Source: Octopus vulgaris
Lineage: Eukaryota
Reading direction: 5' to 3'
Assembly (NCBI GenBank): GCA_951406725.2
Contig: OX597820.1
Span: forward strand, 18,910,001 to 18,974,000
DNA length: 64,000 bases
Under the pieces are notes generated by a model. That model was not told where the DNA came from, did not search any database, and worked only from the letters and a program-made list of their open reading frames with translations. The position numbers and the translations under genes are program-made. Shown here in pieces: positions 54,434-64,000 of the stretch (position 1 is its first letter; every line of letters starts with the position of its first letter).

Positions 54434-54832
54434 CTCTTTACTCTTTTACTTGTTTCAGTCATGTGACTGTGGCCATGCTGGAGCACCGCCTTTAGTCGAT
54501 CAAATCGACCCCACGACTTATTCTTTGTAAGCCTAGTACTTATTTTATCGGTCTCTTTTTTTGCCGAACCGCTAAGTTACGGGGACGTAAACACACCAGC
54601 ATCGGTTGTCATGCGATGTTGGGTGGACAAACACAGACAAACACTCACACACACACACACATATATATACATATATATACGACGGGCTTCTTTCAGTTTT
54701 AGTCTACCAAATCCACTCACAAGGCTTTGGTCGGCCCGAGGCTATAGTAAAAGACACTTACCCAAGGTGCCACGCAGTGGGACTGAACCCGGAACCATGT
54801 GGTTCGTAAGCAAGCTACTTACCACACAGCCA
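54434..54832 (-). mobile_element. SINE family A
   Basis: Tail to near-complete head on minus strand. Confidence 0.9.
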
Positions 54833-55050
54833 TATATATATATATATAATCAATAATAACAAAGGGTAAAATTAATTAATTAACTAGTAATCAATAATTT
54901 CACCAAGTAGAATTCGGCATGAAAAGGGATCATTTCTCGGTAAATTTAAATAGTATTTTATAATTAGGGCTCAGCAAAGATTTGCTTTACCACATATACC
55001 GAAGTTTAGAAATAGCAGCCAGAGAAAAAGCAAATCTTTGCTGAGCCCTA

Positions 55051-55092
<42 letters not shown>

Positions 55093-55142
55093 TACAAAAT
55101 TAGAGAATGGAGAAAGTCATTCTCAATTTGTAGTTAATTGCA

Positions 55143-55173
<31 letters not shown>

Positions 55174-55177
55174 TATA

Positions 55178-55216
<39 letters not shown>

Positions 55217-55544
55217 TACTTTAAAATGTTTTTATATATGTCTATATACACCTATTTAGTCATCAATAGTTATTGCTGTATGTATGTATATATATATATA
55301 TATATATTATACATTTACATATGTATATACACACACGCACAATACTCTGGATTTTTTTTTTGTACATGTGATTACGTAAGAGATGAGATATTTCCATCAT
55401 CTTAAAATAACTTTATTGTTTATTTTTATGAATAATTACCCTATTTTTGTGTAATTTTATTTTCTGGTATATTTAAATGAAAAAAAAAAAAGCGGGCATT
55501 ACTTTAAAAGTGATTTCTGATTTTATCTGGCGATACGTACATAC

Positions 55545-56135
<591 letters not shown>

Positions 56136-56970
56136 ATAAATATATAATTGACGTCATGAAAATTTATAAGCTTGGAGAGAAGGTGAAATAATTCTTCCTG
56201 GGAACGATGGCCCTGTTGCACGTAAAACTATAAATGTGTGGAGATCTGGGGATTAAAAAACACCTCTTTGACAGAAAAAGTAGAAGCTACCCGTAGGCTA
56301 TATATATGTATATATATGTGTGTATATATATATGTAATGTTCGTATTCATAATCGATGTATTATTCTGTCGGTCACTGATTGATGAAAATCGAAGTTGTT
56401 AGCGAAAGGTTTTCAACATCGAGAATAGAGTGCGTATAAACTAAAAGCCATGTGTGTGTATGTGTCGTCCTTTCCATCACCACTTGGCAACCGGTGTCGG
56501 TTTGTTTACATACCTGTAACTTAACGGTTCGGCAAAAGAACCCAGCGAAGTAAGTACTGCGGTAGATTTGTTTGGCTAAAACCCTTCAAGATAGTGTGCT
56601 CCAGTATGGCTGCAGTCCTGTGATTAAAGTCTGTAAAATAAGAATACAAAGAAGGAATGACAGATTAGCTGCCAAATTCCTTTCGTATCACACCTTTTAC
56701 ATTGTCTTAAAAAAACACAGGTGCTGGTGTGGTTGTGCGAGTAGCTTCCCAACCATGTGGTCGTGGGTTCTGTCCCACTGTGTGGCACCTTGGGCAAGTG
56801 TCTTCTATTATTTAGCCCCAGGTTAACTAAAGCCTTACGAGTGAATTTGCTAGACAGAAACTTAAAGAAGCCTGTTGTATACATTTATACATACATGCAT
56901 ACATACATTCATACATACATACATACATACATACATACATACATACACATATATATATATATGCATGATT

Positions 56971-57016
<46 letters not shown>

Positions 57017-57692
57017 GATGATGTACATATATGTATATATGTATGTATGTGTATATATATATATGTGTATATATATATGTATTTATATATACGTGTATAT
57101 ATAAACATGTATACATGTGAATATATGTATATATGTGTGTATAAAGTATGTGTGTGTGGCTGTGTTTGTTCCCCACCACATCTTGATAAACAGTGTTGGT
57201 TTGTTTACATCCCTACAACTTAGTGGTTTGGCAAGAGATCCCGATAGAATAAGTACCAGATTAAAAAGAAATAATTACCAGGCTCGATTTGTTCAACCAA
57301 ACCCTCTGAAGCGGTGCCCAGCATGGCCGCAGTCCAAGACCGTGTGGAATAAATGCAGACGAGTATAATTGCGATTGATCGAAATATTTTAAGGTTTGCT
57401 CCATCTGGGCTGACCGATGGCCAAACAACAAACAGACGATGACAAAGAAATGATTCATAATTTTGTTGTTGCCTTAGTGAAATCATATTCAGATATATAG
57501 GAAAGCTTAATCTCCGTATATAGATATATATATGATACTAGAATAATATTGCTTTATTCTGAGATTGGGTATAGATTATATTATACAACACATTTTGGCT
57601 AAATGTCAGAAAATTTTGTTCTTTTGCTTCATCAGGATGTATCGATTTGAAACTTTACCTTCTAGTTATCTGTTTGTATTTGTGTGTTTTTA

Positions 57693-58103
57693 TCTTTAAC
57701 ACATAAAGCGCGACGGGCCACGATCGTGGCTGTCAGGCACAGGTCCACAGGCCACGATCGTGGCCCAGATAGATGCATTTAATTTATGGGCGGTTTGTTG
57801 GGGTTCTAATGTCACTCAAATGCTCCCAATACCCACCGGAATGCAAGAGAACTAATAGTTCAACTAATCACTTTTCAGATGATGTAAAAACTTATCATTT
57901 ATTTATTTTGAATCGTTCACTTTTCTCCCCCCCTCTCTCTCACTCACATTACTTTGGGTGCGAAAGAGTTTTGTTTTTATTTTACGCCGCGTAAAAAAGT
58001 GTTTTGTTGAGGGTCGATATTACTTAGTTTGGTTTGAAATAAAGAACTTGATTAGCTTAATAATCGTAACTTAATCCCGGGCAAGGCTGGGTTATACTGC
58101 TAG
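57693..58103 (+). mobile_element. Non-autonomous Helitron
   Basis: a|TCTTTAACACATAAAGCG 5' end; 3' cccgggcaaggctggg hairpin + CTAG|t; two GCCACGATCGTGGC palindromes near the 5' end. Confidence 0.8.
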
Positions 58104-58232
58104 TTATATACTAAGAAGATATTTTAACTATTTTTTTTTTATGTGTGCATGGTGGTCTCATTTTCATAAAATGTGCTATGTAAGTGCAAATCCCAGTGCT
58201 TTACGGGTTAAAGTGTTTCAGTCATTGGGCTG

Positions 58233-58382
58233 TAGCCGTGTTGGGGCTATGCCTTGAAGAATTTTAGTCACACGAACTGATTTCAGTAATTCATCATCAT
58301 CATCATCATCATCGTTGATGATGAATTACTGAAATCAGTTCGTGTGACTAAAATTCTTCAAGGCATAGCCCCAACACGGCTA
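58233..58382. repeat. Perfect 67-bp inverted duplication inside a decayed SINE A
   Basis: 58233-58299 is the exact reverse complement of 58316-58382. Confidence 0.9.
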
Positions 58383-58820
58383 ATTTTTTTTAAAGCCTGG
58401 CACTTATTCTGTCAGTCTCTTTTGCCAAACTACTAAGTTATGGGGACGTAAACATGCCAACATCGGTTGTCAAGTGGTGGTGGGCACAAAGATACACGTG
58501 TTTGTGTGTGTATTTGGAAGGCAGATGTTAAATGATGATGATATAATACTAATATATATATATATATTTATATATACATACTATATATATATACATACTA
58601 CATATATATAAAGTATATATGCCAGTAGAATGTGGCAGTCCTATAAAGGACGATGTTACTGTTGTTTTAGCCCTAGGAAAACATCTTTTCCAGCTGACTA
58701 TCGATACACAGTTTGTGTCCGTATAGCATTTGCTATATATACATATATATATATATATACATATACAATATTTCTATGTATGTATGTATATGTATAAATG
58801 TATGCATGTTTTTACATATG

Positions 58821-58869
<49 letters not shown>

Positions 58870-59149
58870 ATTATATATAGTATGTGTGTATGTATATATA
58901 ATATATACAGTAATCACTCACCATATTGAGGTTTATTATTTAAGCTTACATTGATTCCTCCGAGGTGTTGTTTTGCATTTATAATAAAATAAATATATGC
59001 AAATTATAAAAATAAAAAAACAATATACAGTATAGTACTGTTTCTACTTTGTGGATTTTCACCTATCACAGGGGTTGGGGGTTGGAATGTAACACCCACA
59101 ATAGTCGAGGGATTACTGTATATAATGTAAATGTGTATATTTATATGTA

Positions 59150-59194
<45 letters not shown>

Positions 59195-59569
59195 TACACA
59201 CATATATATACACACACATACACATATATATACATATATATATATATATATACATATATATATGTTTATATATATATGTATGTGTGTATATATATATATT
59301 ATATGTCTGTGTGCAAATATATATTTGTGTGTATGTGTGTGTGGATATATATCTAAACGTAATATATTGTTTATAAATATTAGATGCAGGCATGGCTATG
59401 TGGTTTCGAATTTCACCTCGAAACCACATAGTTGCGGGTTCAATCTTACTTTGTGGATGCTGAAGACTGGCGCCCTATGCCATAACCCAAAAGCCAACCA
59501 ATACCTTGTTTGTGAAATTGGTAGACAGAAACTGAAGAAGCCAATCACACACATACACTCGTATATATA

Positions 59570-59800
59570 TTTCTTTACTACCCACAAGGGGTTAAACATA
59601 GAGGGGACAAACAAGGACAGACAAACGGATTAAGCCGATTACATCGACCCCAGTGTGAAACTGGTACTTTGTTTATAGACCCAAAAAGGATGAAAGGCAA
59701 AGTCGACCTCGGCGGAATTTGAACTCAGAACGTAACGACAGATGAAATAGCGCTAAGAATTTTACCCGGCGCGCTAGCGTTTCTGCCACCTCACCGCCTT
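59570..59800 (-). mobile_element. SINE family C
   Basis: Reverse complement of the 15035-15256 type. Confidence 0.85.
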
Positions 59801-59843
59801 AGAAGCGATTTCTTTTCCTTCTTTTAGATATTTCGCTTTCTCC

Positions 59844-59876
59844 TTTCCGACAAAGAGCTATGCTCGAAACATTAAA
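59844..59876 (+). ncRNA. Decayed HHR-like motif
   Basis: ttt-CCGACAA-a-GAGC-tat-GCTC-GAAAC-ATT-aaa. Confidence 0.35.
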
Positions 59877-60072
59877 CTCTATTTTTTTCACTGAGTGTCA
59901 AACTAATACATTTCTTGTGTACGTCCACTTGTCCAATAATTTTATTATTCGTTTTTTTTTTAACTGATTGTTTATTTGATTCAACTATATATACACATAT
60001 ATATATACATATCCATACATATAATGTCCACATAGACGCAAATACATATTTTATTTTTATAAGAAAACGGTT

Positions 60073-60157
60073 GACAGTTACTTTGAAGATTTTGTTGTGT
60101 TGTCCTCATCAGACTGTCTGATGAAGGTTACATACACAAAACTTCAAAGTATCTGTC
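60073..60157. ncRNA. Two back-to-back decayed HHR motifs overlapping at a palindrome
   Basis: Minus: GACAGT-CTGATGA-..c-AAAA-tcttcaaaG-TA-ACTGTC (6-bp stem I); plus: gactgt-CTGATGA-..c-AAAA-cttcaaaG-TA-tctgtc. Confidence 0.55.
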
Positions 60158-60279
60158 AGCATTTTCCCCTTTAAATACAAAATAAATGTGTTATTGCACT
60201 GAAAGTATTCAGTGAATGAGTTATCCTTCAATTTAATTTGAACTGTTAAAAATAAACATATTTTTATACATATATGTAT

Positions 60280-60977
60280 AGGCATAGGAGTGGCTGTGTG
60301 GTAAGTAGCTTGCTTATGAACCACATAGTTCCGGATTCAGTCTCACTGCGTGTCTTCTTCTATAGCCTTGGGCCGACCAAATGGATTTGGTAGACGGAAA
60401 CTGAAAGAAGCCCGTTGTATATATGTATGTGTGTGTATATGTTTGTGTGTCTGTTTGTCCTCCCAACATCGCTTGACAACCGATGCTGGTAAGTAGCTTG
60501 CTTATCAACCACATGGTTCTGGGTTCAGTCCCACAATGATTCATGAGTGTTCTCTACATGGTATCGGCAATGAGTATAAGTACAATTCATGGTGCCATTT
60601 ATATGCCATCCGTAGGCATAGGAGTGGCTGTGTGGTAAGTAGCTTGCTTACAAACCACATGGTTCTGGGTTCAGTCCCACCACGTGGCACCTTGGGCAAG
60701 TGTCTTCTACTATAGCCTTGGCTGACCAAAGCCTTGTGAGTGGATTTGGTAGACGGAAACTGAAAGAAGCCTGTTGTATATATGTATATATGTATGTGTT
60801 ACCCCGCCAAACATTGCTTGACAACCGATGCTGGTGTGTTTATGTCCCTGTAACTTAGCGGTTAGGCAAAAGAGACTGATAGAATAAATACAAGGCTTAC
60901 GAAGAATAAGTCCTGGGGTCAATTTGCTCGACTAAAGGCGGTGCTCCAGCATGGCTGCAGTAAAAGAATAAAAGAGT
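60280..60977 (+). mobile_element. Two SINE family A copies (60280-60535 rearranged; 60614-60977)
   Basis: ggcataggagtggctgtgtggtaag head twice. Confidence 0.85.
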
Positions 60978-61299
60978 ATGAGATTTTGATGGAAGGTTTT
61001 AATTTAAGATCACTTCAAAACAGGAAGTTTGTATTCATAGAGCCATAGGTGGTCCTGGGTGGATTGATATCTGAGGGGGATAATAAGTACTTCATCTAAA
61101 TAAATATTTATTATTAATTTTTTTTTGTTTTTTGACTTGTTTCAGTCATTCAACTGTAATCATACTGGGGCACCGCCCCCGAAGGGTTTAGTAGAACAAA
61201 CAAACCCCTGTATTTACTTTTTAAGCCTAGTCCAGGCACTGCTTTGAAGGGTTTTGCTGAACAGTACTTGTTTTCATTTTAAACCTTGTGGTTATTCTT

Positions 61300-61880
61300 A
61301 TTTCTTTATTGCCCACAAGGGGCTAAACATAGAGGGGACAAACAAGGACAGACGAATGGATTAAGTGGATTACATCGATCCCAGTGCGTGACTGGTACTT
61401 AATTTATCGAACCTGAAAGGACGAAAGGCAATATCGACCTTGGTGGAATTTGAACTCAGAATGCAACGGTGGACAAAATACCACAAAGCATTTCTCCTGG
61501 TGTGCTGACGTTTCTGCCAGCTCGGTTTCATTTCCTGAACTGCTAAGTTATGGGGACGTAAATAAACCACCACCGGCTGTCAGATGGTGGTGGGGGACAA
61601 ACGCTTATACAATGACACACATACACATAAATATATATCTACATGTCATCAATGCCAGGCCTGCCTAACTGGTTCCTGTGCCAGTGGTACCTAAAAAGCA
61701 CCCATTACAATCTTGGAGTGATTGGCATTAGTTAGGAAGGGCATCCAGCTGTAGAAACTCTGCCAAATCAATATTGGAGCCTGGTGCAGCCATCTGGTTT
61801 GCCAGTCCTCAGTCAAATCGTCCAACCCATGCCAGCATGGAAAGCGGACGTTAAACAATGACGATGATGATGATGATGAC
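61300..61880. mobile_element. SINE C (minus), SINE A fragment and family D 3' end (plus)
   Basis: Family motifs as above. Confidence 0.75.
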
Positions 61881-63796
61881 GCACACCCACACACATTGAT
61901 AGAATATTCTTCATTGTGTAGTTGTCGTTGAGACAATGTTTGCTGTGAAAGTACTAAATTCCAAATTGGTAAATATTCACTGAAATTATATTGAGTTTAG
62001 CCTATTCAATTTACCTTCCATGCAAGGTGCTTTACTCTTTTTTCTTTTTTTTTTTTAACAGAAAAAAAAACAAACCATAAAAAAAACAGGGCTAAACCAG
62101 CTATCGTTTTCAGTACAGTCAATTATAGAAAAAGTAATATCACAATGTCACATTTGATAAACTCACCGTTTCTTTAATATTGGCTTTCATAGTTATGAAA
62201 ATGTGATATTGGCTTTCAGAGTTATGAAAATGTGAGAGGCTTAAAGGAAATTACTCCGATTCCTTATCGGTGTTCCTGTAATTAAAGTTGATAGGATGAG
62301 ATTTATGTTTACTTAATTTGTGTTTTTTTAATGAATTTAAATGTAGCAGGTTTTGAAATAAAAGGAAAGTTGTTTTTTTTTTAAATTTTATTTTATTTTT
62401 AAACACTTCTACATTTTGCTGTGGAATTTTCAAAAAATTTGAATTGCAAATTTTTAAATGATTATCACAAAATATCAACAATTTAATTGGAGTCTTATTT
62501 TCGCATGCGGCCTTATCTTAAAACATTTTATTTTTTCATTATACATGTTAGGTATATGTAGGTGTTTGTTAGGTAGCCTCTGTGTGTGTGTGTGTGTGTG
62601 TTTGTGTGTGTGTGTAAATGTTACTATAGGATATAAATGTGTAATAACATGTTTATTGTGTGTGTGTGTGTGTGTACACATATACATATACTTATGTGTT
62701 TAATTATAGTGATATCACTATATATGTAAATGTGATGCTGATATTAAAATTTATATGTTTAGATACAATATACAGAGCAAGCTATTTATTCACCGATAAT
62801 ATTATCAAATGGTTATTGTTATCAATAATATTAAAGGTTCAAAAAGACTTTATTAAAAACTGATTCTCAGCTGGTTATTGTTGTAAAGGGTTCTTTCCTA
62901 AGCAGAGCCTCAATCTTCTCTGCATATAAATGTAACCGATTCCTACAGGGGGTAATTGAGAAAGTTCAGAATTGGCGCCAGTACTTGACTGGTACTTCAT
63001 GTATCAGTCCCCAAAATGATGTAAAATAAGTTGTCCTTTGCAGGATTTGAACTCGAAACACAGATTATCCTTCTCTCCTCCAGTTACTCCCCCCCTAGTC
63101 TTATGTAATGTAATGTAAAGTAGCCTCGTATCTCCTCTACAGCAACGAAACTGTCCCCGTCTTTTTCATACTTTAACCTCTTAACACCTTGCATGTGAAC
63201 ATATAGTTCCACTCAGTCAAAAGTGATCTTTGTTTTGCAAGCTACAAGGTACCCTCACTAGAGCTGGTACCTCAACAAAAGAATCTGGTACACTCTGAAA
63301 AGTGGTTGATAACCCATGCCAGCGTGATGGATGTTAAATGAAGATTATTATGATGGCGATTGTTTATTTTCTTGCTAAACTCCAAATTTTTTCTGTGCTG
63401 TGAGTTGGACAAGGAAGGATATTTGTAAACTTTTAGCATTCAGATTTCTCTGTCAAATTGTAATACTCTTTTTTTACTTGTTTCAATCATTTGACAGTGG
63501 CCATGCTGGAGCACCGCCTTTAGTCGAGCAAATCAACCCCAGGACTTATTCGATGACGATACATGTGTTTGTGTTTTTATCATTATGGTATCACGATATC
63601 GACTGGACTATTGGATGGTGTTAAACATCGCTGGTTACAATGCACTTCACATCATTTTTTTAGCTTTCAAATGATGCGACCCTACTGGCTTGACAAGGAG
63701 GCCAACATTCCCCCTCATCTGAAGGCTAGTCTATCACAGGGTTACCCATTTACAGCTGGGTAGGCTGGAGCGATATGAAAATAATAACAATAATAA

Positions 63797-64000
63797 TCTT
63801 TTCTACTCTTGGCACAGGGCCTGAAATTTTTGGAGAGGGAACCAGTCGATTAGATCAACCTCAGTACGCAACTGATACTTAATTTATCGATCCCAAAAGG
63901 ATGAAAGGCAAAGTCGACCTTGGTGGCATTTGAACTCAGAATGTAAAGACGGATGAAATGCTGCTAAGCATTTTGCCCAGCATGCTAATGATCCTGCCAG
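63797..64000 (-). mobile_element. SINE family C, truncated by window end
   Basis: aaaggatgaaaggcaaagtcgacc...tttgaactcagaa core. Confidence 0.85.

Overview
AT-rich, repeat-saturated eukaryotic DNA. The SINE families and dense (TA)n/(CA)n/(TATC)n/(TAA)n microsatellites resemble octopus (coleoid cephalopod) intronic or intergenic sequence; this is recognition, not a database result. No intact protein-coding gene is supported, and most ORF-track entries are microsatellite or SINE artefacts. Recognisable coding remnants are all transposon-derived: a nested Tc1 plus pogo-like transposase stack (14.0-16.4 kb), three 3' fragments of R4/Dong-like RLE retrotransposons in (TAA)n tracts (17.4-19.7 kb) and an RTE reverse-transcriptase fragment. 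Four SINE families, non-autonomous Helitrons and several MITE-like hairpins fill much of the rest. The main unexplained signal is about a dozen type I hammerhead ribozyme (HHR) motifs, one canonical and the rest minimal or decayed, several with palindromic stem III. They lie in short non-coding units that are mostly embedded in (TA)n and often arranged as tail-out inverted pairs, consistent with a Penelope-like/retrozyme system. Also present are a perfect ERSE/UPRE motif in a CpG-rich patch, a stand-alone tRNA-like fold with an odd anticodon loop, and weak candidate minus-strand exons. All coordinates were read by eye; element ends may be off by a few bases.
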